IMG/VR virus record: IMGVR_UViG_3300008116_004251
Span: 1-27,833 of that record
DNA: 27,833 nt
From: a virus
Taxonomy: Duplodnaviria > Caudoviricetes
Strand: one strand, 5' to 3'
The position numbers were made by a program, and so were the translations under genes. Shown here in pieces: positions 1 through 10,448 of this stretch (positions are counted from its first letter, which is position 1; each line of letters opens with the position of its first letter). Under the pieces are notes generated by a model. The model did no database searches and had not been told where the DNA came from. It was given only the letters and a program-made list of their open reading frames with translations.

Positions 1-390
1 ATTGAAGAGTAGTTTTTCTGATTTCTCTTTTTGATTCAGTGCAGAATATGCAAAGGTTTCTTCCAAAAGAAGTTCAGTATCTTGAGGATTTTGTGATTTG
101 ATTTTTGAGATTTGAGTTAATGCTTTATCTGGATAGTTATTTTGGTTGTATGCGTTTATAAGATTTTTTGTGGTGATATAGAGTTCTTCTTTTGACTTTG
201 TAAGTTTTAATGCTTTTTCTCCATAGAGAATAGCATTTGAGAAATCTTTTATCTCAAAGAAAATCTTTGCAACATCATTATGTTGTTCAAAGGTTTCTGC
301 TCTTTTACCAAATGCCTGAAGAACTTGTGTTGTAAGTTCCTTTTCCTCAAACGAATATAAGGTCTTTGTGACCAACTCAAGTGGATTCAT
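1..390 (-). CDS. TPR-repeat protein, 5' part only (runs off the window edge)
   Basis: ATG at 390; frame open to position 1: MNPLELVTKTLYSFEEK...AKIFFEIKDFSNAILYGEKALKL...NLINAYNQNNYPDKALTQI, a TPR-like helical pattern. Not in the ORF track because it is truncated. Late promoter just upstream. Confidence 0.7.
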   Translation of the reverse strand, partial: MNPLELVTKTLYSFEEKELTTQVLQAFGKRAETFEQHNDVAKIFFEIKDFSNAILYGEKALKLTKSKEELYITTKNLINAYNQNNYPDKALTQISKIKSQNPQDTELLLEETFAYSALNQKEKSEKLLFN

Positions 391-411
391 ACAAAATAAT
401 TTATTTTAAAA

Positions 412-418
412 TATTTAG
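412..418 (-). promoter_or_regulatory. T4-like late promoter (CTAAATA)
   Basis: Intergenic CTAAATA on the minus strand, about 20 nt upstream of the ATG at 390. Confidence 0.6.
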
Positions 419-420
419 AT

Positions 421-1662
421 TCACAGCAAATCGTCCGATGTTTTTATTGCTGCGGTATGAAATTCCCCACAAGCAACTTGTTTCCAAGTAGATCGTCCTA
501 AAGATGTAGTAACTGGAGTAGATCTATCATTTGCTATCATTCCCAATTGCCCAGAACTACCAACTCCCCAAGACCATAGAGTTCCATCAGTTTTGATTGC
601 TAACATGTGAGAACTGCCAACACTTGCTTGTTTCCAATTAGTACCTCCAGCAAATGTTGTGATTGGAGTTCTAACATATACTCCGAATGTATTCTGAGCG
701 TTCCCCAATTGTCCCAGATGAGTATGACCCCAAACCCATAGAGTACCATCAGTTTTGATCGCCGCTGTATTATTTTCTCTCAAAGAAACTTGTTTCCAGT
801 TAGTTCCTCCAGCAAATGTTGTGACTGGAGTAAATGTATTTACTTCATTATTAGTTCCCAGTACTCCAAAATTATTTTGTCCCCAAGTCCAAAAAGTTCC
901 ATCAGTCTTGATTGCTGCCATACGATTACCACCACAAGAAACTTGTTTCCAGTTGGTTCCTCCTGCAAATGTTGTGATTGGAGTGGCTCTACTAGTCGAA
1001 ATATTGTTTCCTAGTTTTCCACCACCATTGTCCCCCCAAGTCCACAAAGTTCCATCAGTCTTAATTGCAGCATTAAATGCGCCAGAAGAACTTCCCCAAC
1101 AACTAACTTGTCTCCAATTGGTTCCTCCTGCGAATGTTGTGACTGGAGTAGATCTATTAGTTCCTGTAGGTAAAGATTCATTAATTCCTAGTCCATAACC
1201 TCCTCTTCCCCAAATCCACAAAGTTCCATCAGTTTTTATTGCTGTTGTGCTAGTAAATCCACCCGCAACTTGTTTCCAGTTGGTTCCTCCTGCAAATGTG
1301 GTCGATGGAGTGGATCGATTTGCTGTTGTTGCATTTCCAAGTTGCCCATAATTATTATATCCCCAGGTCCATAGTGTTCCATCAGTTTTAATTGCTGCAG
1401 TGTGGCGTCTTCCACAGGAAACAGATCTCCAGTTTGATCCTCCCGCAAGTGTGGTGACTGGGTTAAAAGACTGACTCAGATTATTTGTTCCCAATTGTCC
1501 ATAATTATTACCTCCCCAAACCCACAACTCTGGAGTCTTTCCAAGTTCTTGAGCGATACCAGGATAAACACTCATCAAATAATCTTTAGTTATAAATTCA
1601 TAAGCAACATCAACACCATTACTTCTTCTAAAGTTAGTAGTTACTCTCTGATTGGAACTCAT
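421..1662 (-). CDS. RCC1/BLIP-II-type 7-bladed beta-propeller protein
   Basis: Seven ~52-aa repeats of AIKTDGTLW(T/V)WG.N..GQLG....TP(V)[12 protein letters not shown]. Confidence 0.9.
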   Translation of the reverse strand: MSSNQRVTTNFRRSNGVDVAYEFITKDYLMSVYPGIAQELGKTPELWVWGGNNYGQLGTNNLSQSFNPVTTLAGGSNWRSVSCGRRHTAAIKTDGTLWTWGYNNYGQLGNATTANRSTPSTTFAGGTNWKQVAGGFTSTTAIKTDGTLWIWGRGGYGLGINESLPTGTNRSTPVTTFAGGTNWRQVSCWGSSSGAFNAAIKTDGTLWTWGDNGGGKLGNNISTSRATPITTFAGGTNWKQVSCGGNRMAAIKTDGTFWTWGQNNFGVLGTNNEVNTFTPVTTFAGGTNWKQVSLRENNTAAIKTDGTLWVWGHTHLGQLGNAQNTFGVYVRTPITTFAGGTNWKQASVGSSHMLAIKTDGTLWSWGVGSSGQLGMIANDRSTPVTTSLGRSTWKQVACGEFHTAAIKTSDDLL

Positions 1663-1666
1663 TTTA

Positions 1667-2335
1667 CTATGCTACTGGTGGTTGGATTGCTTCAGGAAGT
1701 TCTCTCACAATTACATCATAAACTTCATCAATTGTCGTACAGGCATCAATTTCTTGAAGTTTTGCAAGTTCCCAATCAAATGCTGCTTGAACGACTTTAT
1801 CAATTTCACTCACAATATACTGAAGATTTTCTGCGGTAACTTCTAACCAACCACTCAAGAACTTATAATTGCAAGATGCTGGTGCTGCACTTAACTTACT
1901 CGCCAACAATACTCTTTCTTCTCTTGAGGTTGATACTTGAACAGAAGTTCCATTAATATCTAGAGTAATTGTAGTATTTTCTTTTTCTCTTCTATATGGT
2001 GAAACTTCTTGCTTACGAAGTGCTTTGACTTCTTCTAGTGTCTTATCAACAATTGGGTAAGCAAATCTAACTTTAACTGGAATATTATCTTCTTCAATAA
2101 TTTCCCAAGTAAGATTTCCGATATTATGATACTTTGGATCGTGTTCTGGAATTACTTTTTCAATTGGTAGAAGATGTGTAAGACCATCACTAAAATGAAT
2201 TGGAAGGTCTGTATAACTTTGTGGAGAAATTCTTTCTTCTACTTCAAGGTCTTCTAAATCGGCATTAATGTATTTCACATTAAATCCCATTGGACCAAGT
2301 TCTAATGAGTTATTATGAATGAGTGCGATTTCCAT
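1667..2335 (-). CDS. DUF4376-like tail-fibre-associated protein (possible assembly chaperone)
   Basis: C-terminal half KTLEEVKALRKQEV..YRREKE...VQAAFDWE..KLQEIDACTTIDEV matches the DUF4376 pattern; lies next to fibre genes. Confidence 0.6.
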   Translation of the reverse strand: MEIALIHNNSLELGPMGFNVKYINADLEDLEVEERISPQSYTDLPIHFSDGLTHLLPIEKVIPEHDPKYHNIGNLTWEIIEEDNIPVKVRFAYPIVDKTLEEVKALRKQEVSPYRREKENTTITLDINGTSVQVSTSREERVLLASKLSAAPASCNYKFLSGWLEVTAENLQYIVSEIDKVVQAAFDWELAKLQEIDACTTIDEVYDVIVRELPEAIQPPVA

Positions 2336-2349
2336 AGTTATTTTTTAGG

Positions 2350-2356
2350 TATTTAT
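2350..2356 (-). promoter_or_regulatory. T4-like late promoter (ATAAATA), overlapping the stop codon of the upstream RCC1 gene
   Basis: ATAAATA about 15 nt upstream of the ATG at 2335. Confidence 0.55.
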
Positions 2357-3540
2357 GAGATTGGAAGGTCTGGTGTGGTTCCGGAGAAGACTGCCATAGG
2401 TCCATCGCTGTTTACAGATACATATTTCCAATTAGTTCCTCCCATAAATGTTGTAATTGGAGTAGGTATTGAAATTGCACTACTGCTAAAAGTATTTCCC
2501 AGTGACCCATTAACAGCAGAACCCCAAATCCATAAGGTTCCATCAGTTTTAATTGCTGCAGAAACAAGGTCTCCACCAGAAACTTGTTTCCAATTAGTTC
2601 CTCCAGCAAAAGTGGTGACTGGAGTACTTATGTTACCTGTTGTTACTGCGTTTCCAAGTCTTCCATTATTACCATAACCCCAAGTCCACAATGTTCCATC
2701 AGTCTTGATTGCTGCTACATGTATATCACCACAACTCACTTGTTTCCAGTTATTTCCTCCAGCAAATGTTGTGACCGGAGTGGATATACTGCCTGTTGTT
2801 ACTCCGTTTCCAAGTCTTCCATTAGAACCATTACCCCAAGTCCATAATGTTCCATCAGTTTTAACTGCTGCGCAAGATTGACCACCCGTAGAAACTTGTT
2901 TCCAGTTATTTCCTCCAGCAAATGTTGTGACCGGAGTGGATATACTGCCTGTTGTTACTCCGTTTCCAAGTCTCCCCCTAGCCTGATCACCCCAGACCCA
3001 TAAAGTTCCATCAGTTTTAACTGCTGCAGTGCCCGAAACTTGTTTCCAGTTGTTTCCTCCCGCAAATGTTGTTACAGGAGTACTTCTGTTAGGTGTTGTT
3101 GTGGCATTTCCTAGTCTTCCACCAGTAGCACTACCCCAAACCCATAAAGTTCCATCAGTTTTGATTGCTGAGGTAGTTCCAGATAAAGATTTCCAGTTGT
3201 TTCCTCCTGCAAATGTAGTGACTGGGGTTAGTGGACTGGCAGTTGACGGACCTAGAGCAAGTCCTCCCGCAGTATTGGTTCCCCAAACCCATAGAGTTCC
3301 GTCAGTTTTGATTGCTGCTGAAGCATTACTTGTCCCGGATGGCAATTTCCAATTAATTCCGCCAGAAGATGTTGTTACGGGAGTACTTCTGATAGGTGTT
3401 GTTGTGGCATTTCCTAGTCTTCCATTAATGGCATTACCCCAAGCCCACAACTCATCACCAACATATTGGTCTATTAACCAATACTCAGTTACAAAATAAT
3501 TTTCTAAATCTCCTTCTGGGGAGAAAAACTGATTAGGCAT
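2353..3540 (-). CDS. RCC1/BLIP-II-type 7-bladed beta-propeller protein
   Basis: Seven W-x-W-G repeats with A(I/V)KTDGTLW and TPVTTFAGG(N/T)NWK; start overlaps the stop of the fibre gene (3533-3540). Confidence 0.9.
   Translation of the reverse strand: MPNQFFSPEGDLENYFVTEYWLIDQYVGDELWAWGNAINGRLGNATTTPIRSTPVTTSSGGINWKLPSGTSNASAAIKTDGTLWVWGTNTAGGLALGPSTASPLTPVTTFAGGNNWKSLSGTTSAIKTDGTLWVWGSATGGRLGNATTTPNRSTPVTTFAGGNNWKQVSGTAAVKTDGTLWVWGDQARGRLGNGVTTGSISTPVTTFAGGNNWKQVSTGGQSCAAVKTDGTLWTWGNGSNGRLGNGVTTGSISTPVTTFAGGNNWKQVSCGDIHVAAIKTDGTLWTWGYGNNGRLGNAVTTGNISTPVTTFAGGTNWKQVSGGDLVSAAIKTDGTLWIWGSAVNGSLGNTFSSSAISIPTPITTFMGGTNWKYVSVNSDGPMAVFSGTTPDLPIS
2738..2973. repeat. Exact 80-bp direct repeat (2738-2817 and 2894-2973) between adjacent RCC1 blades
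   Basis: ACTTGTTTCCAGTTATTTCC...CCGTTTCCAAGTCT is identical in both copies, offset 156 bp (52 codons). Confidence 0.9.
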
Positions 3541-6469
3541 TTAACTTTCTCTCCAACTCTTCGATACGAATTTGCTGCTCTTTAATTGCTTCAATTAATA
3601 CCCCAACAATATTTCCATAAGAGACTGATTTTAATCCGTTGCTATTCATCTCAACTACTTCGGGAAGTACTTTTTCAATATCTTGTGCGATAACACCAAT
3701 TGAAGGTTTTTGATTATTTATCCAATCATAACGAACTCCTTCAAGTTGTTTCACAAGTTCAATTGAATTATCTATAGGTCTTATGTTGGTCTTTTGAGTT
3801 TTGTCAGATAGTGATGTGAATATTGTGGCCGACAAAGTTCCAGTTGCAGGATTAAACTGGAGGTTTGGTGAAGAAACCCTAACATTAACTAAAGTTCCTG
3901 AAGTTGCGCTTTGGAATAATGGATATAATGTAGCATTTGTAGAAGTATCATCCGTAATCGAACCTCCACTTCCTGTAGCTCCTTGAGTCCCTGTAGTACC
4001 CTGTGCTCCAGTAGGACCCGTAGTACCTGTGGTTCCTTGAGTGCCTGTGGTTCCTTGTGCTCCAGTAGGACCCGTAGCACCTGTTGTTCCTTGGGCCCCA
4101 GTAGGACCAGTAGTACCTGTAGCACCAGTTGTTCCTTGGGCTCCCGTAGTACCTTGAGTACCTGTAGTACCAGTAGTACCTGTTGTTCCTTGGGCCCCAG
4201 TAGGACCCGTAGCACCAGTTGTTCCTTGAGTACCTGTTGTTCCTTGGGCCCCAGTAGGACCCGTAGTACCTGTGGTTCCTTGAGTACCTGTTGTCCCTTG
4301 TGCTCCAGTAGGACCAGTTGTTCCTTGAGTACCTGTTGTCCCTTGTGCTCCAGTAGGACCAGTAGTACCTGTGGTTCCCTGAAGACCTTGAATACCTGCA
4401 GCAAAAGGTGCAGTCCAACGAACACCAGTTCCTGTAGAAACAAGAATAGACCCACCAGCACCTACATTATTGTCAATGTCTCTAAGAGCAGCATCTAACT
4501 CTACAGTTTGAGCGAATGTAGTCAATCCACTAACACGCAGTGCTGTTAATGATCCTACAGAAGTCAATGATGAATTAACGACACCAGAACCTAATGTAGT
4601 TGCATCAAGAACTGCAGTACCATTAACTCTGTATGTTTGTCCTGAAGCAATATTAAGGCCAGCAGCAAGAGTTCCAACGGAAGTTAGTGATGAAGTAACA
4701 ACGTTTGCACCCAAAGTTGTTGCAGATAGAACATTAACACCTGCAATTTGGTAGGTATTGCCAGTGATTAGATTAAGAGAACCTGTTGTTACGATTCCAG
4801 AGACACTTAATTGTCTGGAAAACAGTGTTGTTCCCGTGACAGTTGTAATACCAGCAAAGGTTGATGTTCCAGAAACATTTAGAGAACCTAAAGTTCCAAC
4901 AGAAGTTAATGATGAGTTAACTACTCCAGAACCTAGTGTAGTTGCATCAAGAACAGAAGTTCCATTAACTCTATATGTTTGACCCGAAGCAATGTTGAGG
5001 CCACCAGCAAGAGTTCCAACAGAGGTTAATGATGAATTGACAACACCAGAACCAAGTGTAGTTGAATCAAGAACGGTGCTTCCATTAATTTTATAATCAG
5101 TACCAGTGGTGGCATTATAACCACTGGATGTTGTTACACCAGATACGACCAATCGAGATAATGTTCCAACAGAAGTCAGCGATGAATTGAGAATACCAGA
5201 TCCCAACGTTGTACTATTGAGAACTGTAGTACCATTGATTTTATAATCATTTGCGGAGGGAACATTATATCCACTAGATGTTGTTATACCAGATATAAGA
5301 ACATTTCCTTGAACTGTAAGAGCACTTGTTGGGATTGTACTTCCAATTCCAACATTAGATAATGTGTGAATACCTGCGGCAGTTGTTACCCATTGTCCTC
5401 CTCCAGTTGAAACAACTGTAGCAATGCCTGCAGAAAAAAGAACTGATAAATTTGAACCATAATCAAATACGGAGGCAACTCCAATTAAAGTGTTATCATC
5501 TCTAACTTCAACTCCAGTGCCTGCAGCAACAACTCCAGTTAATCCAGAACCATCACCTACAAATAATCCAGCAGTGACAATTCCAGTGATTATTGCACTT
5601 CCATGAACGTCAAGTTTTGCTGTTGGATTAAATGTACCAAGACCAACATTTCCATTTAATCTGTAAATATCGCTGAAATAAGTATCGGAAGGATTCTCAT
5701 ATTCCCAATTTCCTCCACCAATGCTAATATCAACAGTTTTTGTACCAGCATTATATGAAATTGAATTTCCAGCACCAACAAAGTTTAATGCTGTTATAAT
5801 TCCAGTTGTTACATTAACACTTCCGGATTGAATACCAATACCACGAATACCACCAACAAAAGTAGAAACTCCGGTTACACTTAAGTTTCCAGTTAGGTTG
5901 ATATCAGTAAATGTGTTTGCTGCACCAACTGGTGCTACTCCTTTAATTCCACTATAAACTGCACCGCTAATATAAACACTCTTTCCAGTAAAGTTAACTC
6001 CACTTGGAAGGTTTGTTCCAATAAAGTTTAAAGTTCCTGATTGGTAGTCAAAGAACCATTCATCATTATTACCAGAACCAGCAGCAACTAATTGAGTTCC
6101 AGATGCAGCAGCGGTTGCAGCATTGCCTGATGTATGAACGTAGACTTTTACAAGATAAGTAGAACCAATTTCTGGTGGAATCCAATCGGTAATGTTTGTT
6201 TTCCAGGTTCTATTTGTAGATGAAGTGGTATCTGCAGTGCATTCAACAGGTAGTGATGTTGGATATAAGGTAACTACTGATGTGCTACTGACAGGAATAG
6301 TTGTTGGTATTAGATTTGATTGAGCCCAGACGTTATCACCTCTCAATAATAACGCACTTGAGATGGATTCGTTTACTGCATCCTTAATTGCTGCAGTATC
6401 AGTCTTCGCTCTACCATAACCAATTTTTTTCCAGAGATAGTCTATCTTCTGATCGTTTGAAATAGCCAT
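3533..6469 (-). CDS. Tail fibre protein with collagen-like segment and C-terminal peptidase S74 intramolecular chaperone
   Basis: GNVGLGT..P fibre motifs; five Y.(I/V)[22 protein letters not shown] repeats; ~47 Gly-X-Y triplets; C-terminal SDKTQKTNI...GVRYDW...[16 protein letters not shown]...[17 protein letters not shown] (S74 signature). Confidence 0.9.
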   Translation of the reverse strand: MAISNDQKIDYLWKKIGYGRAKTDTAAIKDAVNESISSALLLRGDNVWAQSNLIPTTIPVSSTSVVTLYPTSLPVECTADTTSSTNRTWKTNITDWIPPEIGSTYLVKVYVHTSGNAATAAASGTQLVAAGSGNNDEWFFDYQSGTLNFIGTNLPSGVNFTGKSVYISGAVYSGIKGVAPVGAANTFTDINLTGNLSVTGVSTFVGGIRGIGIQSGSVNVTTGIITALNFVGAGNSISYNAGTKTVDISIGGGNWEYENPSDTYFSDIYRLNGNVGLGTFNPTAKLDVHGSAIITGIVTAGLFVGDGSGLTGVVAAGTGVEVRDDNTLIGVASVFDYGSNLSVLFSAGIATVVSTGGGQWVTTAAGIHTLSNVGIGSTIPTSALTVQGNVLISGITTSSGYNVPSANDYKINGTTVLNSTTLGSGILNSSLTSVGTLSRLVVSGVTTSSGYNATTGTDYKINGSTVLDSTTLGSGVVNSSLTSVGTLAGGLNIASGQTYRVNGTSVLDATTLGSGVVNSSLTSVGTLGSLNVSGTSTFAGITTVTGTTLFSRQLSVSGIVTTGSLNLITGNTYQIAGVNVLSATTLGANVVTSSLTSVGTLAAGLNIASGQTYRVNGTAVLDATTLGSGVVNSSLTSVGSLTALRVSGLTTFAQTVELDAALRDIDNNVGAGGSILVSTGTGVRWTAPFAAGIQGLQGTTGTTGPTGAQGTTGTQGTTGPTGAQGTTGTQGTTGTTGPTGAQGTTGTQGTTGATGPTGAQGTTGTTGTTGTQGTTGAQGTTGATGTTGPTGAQGTTGATGPTGAQGTTGTQGTTGTTGPTGAQGTTGTQGATGSGGSITDDTSTNATLYPLFQSATSGTLVNVRVSSPNLQFNPATGTLSATIFTSLSDKTQKTNIRPIDNSIELVKQLEGVRYDWINNQKPSIGVIAQDIEKVLPEVVEMNSNGLKSVSYGNIVGVLIEAIKEQQIRIEELERKLNA
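3974..4396 (-). repeat. Collagen-like (Gly-X-Y) x ~47 tandem repeat built from [12 protein letters not shown]
   Basis: 9-bp periodic DNA; uninterrupted Gly at every third residue. Confidence 0.95.
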
Positions 6470-6470
6470 T

Positions 6471-9400
6471 TTACGCTGCAGCTCCTATACTAAGACTTGT
6501 TACGGATTGCCCTGATGCCAAAGCAATTCTTATAAGAACAACATTACCAGTAGCATTACTCATGTTTTCGCTACCTAGTGTCATAGTATAACCACCACTT
6601 AAAGATGTTGATGCAATAATTCTATCTCCATTAGTGAAAGCACAACCATCAGAACCATTTCCACCCGGTCCACTACCAGGAACTCCAGAACCTCCATAAG
6701 CAGTGTCTGCTCTTAACCAACCATTTAATCCACTTGTAGTATCTATGCTTGTTCCGGGTGCAGCAATCCAAACACCAGCGACACCAGTGGAACTTGTGAT
6801 ATTGATGTCAAAGTTAGCAACAACCCTCCTTCTAAATGCAAAAGTAAAATACTGAGTTCCACTTCTTCCAGATGAAAAATTAGGACCAACTGGAAGATAA
6901 CCAGTCGAGTAATTTACTTGGTTATGGGTGATAGCACCCAATCTGACGACAGATTCTGCCGTTGTAGTAATTCCTGCTGGAGAAGATGATTCAGAATATG
7001 GATTGTTAGTATAGAAATTAGTTGCTCCATTATAGGAAGGAGTTGTTGTAGTAACTCCAGGACCAAAATTATAAATTCTTATTCCATTATCAGTGTAGGT
7101 TCCATCACCAAGTCCAGAAGGAACTGCTATTGAAACCTCAGAAATTCCGGATTGTGCTGCGGTATGTACTTGGATGTTAGTCGAAATATCACTTGTGTAG
7201 CTACTGGTTCCGTTTACATTCTTGGCACGAACTCTGACCCTATCAATAGTTCTTACACTTGAGGATGTGATTGGAACTGTCAAACTTGAAATAGCATATG
7301 GAGAAGATACTCCAACGTTAGCGATGGGAATTCCACCACTTAACATACTTGAAGGACCATTAATTTGAGAATATGTGTAATCACTATCTACTATAGCCAC
7401 ACTAGAAGTTCCTTCTTGATTTGTGCCATTATCAACCTCAACAATATCAGACTGGTTTGTATATGTCTGTCCTGTGAGATTTGTAACTGTCAATCCAGAC
7501 AAAGTAAGAGATGGCGAACCACTGTTGTAATAAGGAATACCAGAAACATAGCGATAAGTACCAGCAACGTTTTCTGCAAGTGTTGCAGTCGAAATACTTA
7601 CAACAGGTGTGGCAGTTACATCATCTTTAACAAACTGCACTGCGTTTGTGTTACCAGTAACACTATGAAGCAATCTCATACTATTCACACCAACGCTTAA
7701 AGCAGAAACTGCTTTTGAAACTTTTGCCTTAAATCCTTTATACAGTCCAGGATAATAAATACTTGCCGCAAAAGTTGTAGTTGAACCAGAAGAATTCAAT
7801 AACTGATAATCACTTTCTTCAGTAATTACAAGACTTGTGTAAGTTCCAGAATCATCTCCACTAGTCAATACTCTAGAACCATCAGAGGATCCGTTTACAT
7901 GTGCTGTAAGAGTTCCACTATTTGCATTATAAGCAAATGTAGAAGTTGCCGTAGCTTCAGCAGTTCCACCAGTTACACGAGTAACATCATTACCAGCAGA
8001 TAATGTAGTACCTCCAGTATTATCAGTAAATCCAGAAACAAGTCTTGGGTTTGTTCCAGTGCTAGTGACGTTTGATAGTGTTTTGCTGCTTAGTCCATCT
8101 GGTGCTGCAGGTGCATCATCATAAACTTTCAACAGTCCAGTTCCAACAGCAGGAATAACAGCAGGGTCTGCAGTATTATGCGCGTTTAGAGTTAGAGTGA
8201 GCGTATCTCTGGTTGTAGAACTATTTGTTCCTTCAACCCAAGTATGCTGTAGTCTTGAGGCAGAAACATCAGCACCACCAGAAGCAGTATTATTTGCAAT
8301 AGAATCATTTGATGAACCATCTCCCCAGTTCATCGTATAATTAACAGTTGCTCCACTTGTATTCGAAGTGTTATTATCTAGGTATAAAGATTGACCTTCA
8401 ACCACATATAAGTCATTACCTGAAAGAACAGAACCTCCAGTAGATGTTCTATATAAATCGAAGGAAACTACTGGATTTGGGGTGTAAACTGTAATATAAT
8501 TGCTCTTTGCTGTAGAATAACTACTTCCTGCACCAATTCCAGAATTATTCTTAGCAACTAGAGATATTGAGAATAATCCACCTGCTGGTTGAGTATATGT
8601 ATGTGGAATAGATGCAGAGGTATAATTGGAGGTTGATGTACCATCTCCCCAATCAACATCATAACGATTAGCATTTCCAGAACTTGTAACTGATAGAGTA
8701 ATTGATAATGGAGAACCACCAGCTAGTGAACTTGAAGAGAAATCTACATTAGTAACTGCAGTATTTCTTATGATATTAAATGCAAGTTCATTTAAGTCAT
8801 CAACACTATCAACTAACTTTGTGCTTCCAGTAAAAGTATTAAGTGCTCCGTTGCTAGTGATACTAGAGTCTGTAGGTGTTCCTAAAGTCAATGCACCGCC
8901 TTGACCGTAAAATGTAGATGCAGTGACAACACCACTGATATTTGTGTTTGTATTAATGTTTGTTGAAGTTGACGAAATAGTGGCAGACAACGCTCCATTA
9001 TTATAAAAATATAGAATATTTTCATTTGCTCCAGGAGATGATTCTGGAATAATATAGGTGTTACCATCAACATCCTTGACGCCACCAAGAGAACCCCAAG
9101 AACCACCTGGTCCATAACCTTCAAAGGTTGAGAATTCTGTGTTATATCGTATTTGTCCCGTTACAGCTACACCAACAGAGTCTCTTTGTGCTGTTGTCCC
9201 AACAGGAATTTGGATAGAATTTGTACTGTTAAATATAACTCTATTTGAAAATGTTGATACTCCAACTACCGATAGTTGGTCGTCAACAATTACCGTACCT
9301 GCACTTGAATCAAGTGTTAGATTTCCAGAAGAAGTGTCAATTTCATTATCATCCGCAATACCGATTCTTACATTATCGATTGTTGCTCCACCATTTGCAT

Positions 9401-10046
9401 CAATGAGACCATTAAATGTTGATATTCCGGCAACATAAACGTTGTTATTAAAAGTTGAAAATCCAACAAAAGTTCCAATGCCAGTTAAAGTTAAATTTCC
9501 ATTTACGTTTAAATCTTGAATAAGATCAACATCAGCATTGAATGTTGAAACTCCAGAAACATTTAATTGTTTTGAAAATAGAGTTTCTCCAGTAACAGTT
9601 GTTATACCAGAGAAAGTCGAAATTCCATTTACAAGAACATCATTAGATACAAAAACATCTCCAGAAACTGTCAATTCCGAAGTTGGATTTGTGGTTGCTA
9701 TTCCAACCTTACCCCCACCGGTTGCAAGAACAACACTCTTATCAGTAGATGAATTTATTTCTAAAACATCTAAAGTTTGAGAGTTAAAGGAAATATCTCC
9801 CTTCAAAACCCCATTCTGTTTGAATCTTAACTGAGATGTTGATGTAATTCCCGAATCAATATCTACAAGTGATTGTCCTTCAGGACTTCTTACAGAAAGT
9901 TTTGCTTCATTAGCAGAAAATAAGTCTAACTCGGATATTGGATTTGTTGTTCCCAGTCCAACTCTACCCGTATCCGCATTAGCAAGGACAAGATTTGTAT
10001 TAACCTCTAAACCGTGTTTTACTACAAAGTTCTTGTTTATTCCCAA
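6471..10046 (-). CDS. Virion structural/fibre protein with two PKD-like domains (TTG start)
   Basis: DWGDG...HTY and NWGDG...HTW PKD motifs; IPVGTTAQR...GQIRYNT..FEGY fibre motif; [10 protein letters not shown] repeats; TTG start preceded by SD-like GGGGAGAG. Confidence 0.8.
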   Translation of the reverse strand: MGINKNFVVKHGLEVNTNLVLANADTGRVGLGTTNPISELDLFSANEAKLSVRSPEGQSLVDIDSGITSTSQLRFKQNGVLKGDISFNSQTLDVLEINSSTDKSVVLATGGGKVGIATTNPTSELTVSGDVFVSNDVLVNGISTFSGITTVTGETLFSKQLNVSGVSTFNADVDLIQDLNVNGNLTLTGIGTFVGFSTFNNNVYVAGISTFNGLIDANGGATIDNVRIGIADDNEIDTSSGNLTLDSSAGTVIVDDQLSVVGVSTFSNRVIFNSTNSIQIPVGTTAQRDSVGVAVTGQIRYNTEFSTFEGYGPGGSWGSLGGVKDVDGNTYIIPESSPGANENILYFYNNGALSATISSTSTNINTNTNISGVVTASTFYGQGGALTLGTPTDSSITSNGALNTFTGSTKLVDSVDDLNELAFNIIRNTAVTNVDFSSSSLAGGSPLSITLSVTSSGNANRYDVDWGDGTSTSNYTSASIPHTYTQPAGGLFSISLVAKNNSGIGAGSSYSTAKSNYITVYTPNPVVSFDLYRTSTGGSVLSGNDLYVVEGQSLYLDNNTSNTSGATVNYTMNWGDGSSNDSIANNTASGGADVSASRLQHTWVEGTNSSTTRDTLTLTLNAHNTADPAVIPAVGTGLLKVYDDAPAAPDGLSSKTLSNVTSTGTNPRLVSGFTDNTGGTTLSAGNDVTRVTGGTAEATATSTFAYNANSGTLTAHVNGSSDGSRVLTSGDDSGTYTSLVITEESDYQLLNSSGSTTTFAASIYYPGLYKGFKAKVSKAVSALSVGVNSMRLLHSVTGNTNAVQFVKDDVTATPVVSISTATLAENVAGTYRYVSGIPYYNSGSPSLTLSGLTVTNLTGQTYTNQSDIVEVDNGTNQEGTSSVAIVDSDYTYSQINGPSSMLSGGIPIANVGVSSPYAISSLTVPITSSSVRTIDRVRVRAKNVNGTSSYTSDISTNIQVHTAAQSGISEVSIAVPSGLGDGTYTDNGIRIYNFGPGVTTTTPSYNGATNFYTNNPYSESSSPAGITTTAESVVRLGAITHNQVNYSTGYLPVGPNFSSGRSGTQYFTFAFRRRVVANFDINITSSTGVAGVWIAAPGTSIDTTSGLNGWLRADTAYGGSGVPGSGPGGNGSDGCAFTNGDRIIASTSLSGGYTMTLGSENMSNATGNVVLIRIALASGQSVTSLSIGAAA

Positions 10047-10075
10047 GGTTCACTCTCCCCTTGCACTATTTTAGT

Positions 10076-10094
10076 TATTTATAAAAACTAAATA
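10076..10094. promoter_or_regulatory. Back-to-back late promoters: TATAAATA (minus, 10076-10083) and CTAAATA (plus, 10088-10094)
   Basis: Each motif lies 20-30 nt upstream of one of the divergent starts (10046 and 10116). Confidence 0.7.
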
Positions 10095-10115
10095 ATAAAA
10101 AGTATTTTTGGAAAT

Positions 10116-10445
10116 ATGGCATCCCAAGTATTAAGTGGCGCAAGCAACGTTGGTTATACAAATAACACAGGTCAAAATGTGAGAGTAATTATCAACTATA
10201 TGGCAGGAACCAATATTGCTATGAGTTGGGCTGGAATTTCAATAAGCAGCACTGGATTATCTGCTATTGGAAGAAATCTTGCTTATACAAGCGCAAGTTC
10301 AACTTCAGCAAACAATTCACTCACTACAGCATCGACGGGAACTGCTGCTGCACTACCCACAGAAATAATGCTTGCCCCAACTCAGACATTTTCTGCAACT
10401 GGTGTGTCTGCGTATAATATAGTAATAATTCCAGAGTTGGGGTAA
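10116..10445 (+). CDS. Small beta-rich hypothetical (probably virion) protein
   Basis: 109-aa ATG ORF filling the gap between two minus-strand genes, with its own late promoter; MASQVLSG...YTNNTGQNVRVIINYM. Confidence 0.75.
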   Translation: MASQVLSGASNVGYTNNTGQNVRVIINYMAGTNIAMSWAGISISSTGLSAIGRNLAYTSASSTSANNSLTTASTGTAAALPTEIMLAPTQTFSATGVSAYNIVIIPELG

Positions 10446-10448
10446 GCA

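Noticed and set aside
755-3499. Plus-strand ORFs with repeated [12 protein letters not shown]
   Set aside because: Antisense shadows of the RCC1 genes
421-3540. Diversity-generating retroelement acting on the RCC1 repeats
   Set aside because: No reverse transcriptase in the window, repeats are in-frame protein blades, and differences between copies are not confined to adenines of one template
3889-4498. Repetitive ORFs 3889-4461, 3948-4418 and 3983-4498; possible CRISPR-like array
   Set aside because: Alternative-frame shadows of the collagen repeat; 9-bp periodicity with no unique spacers
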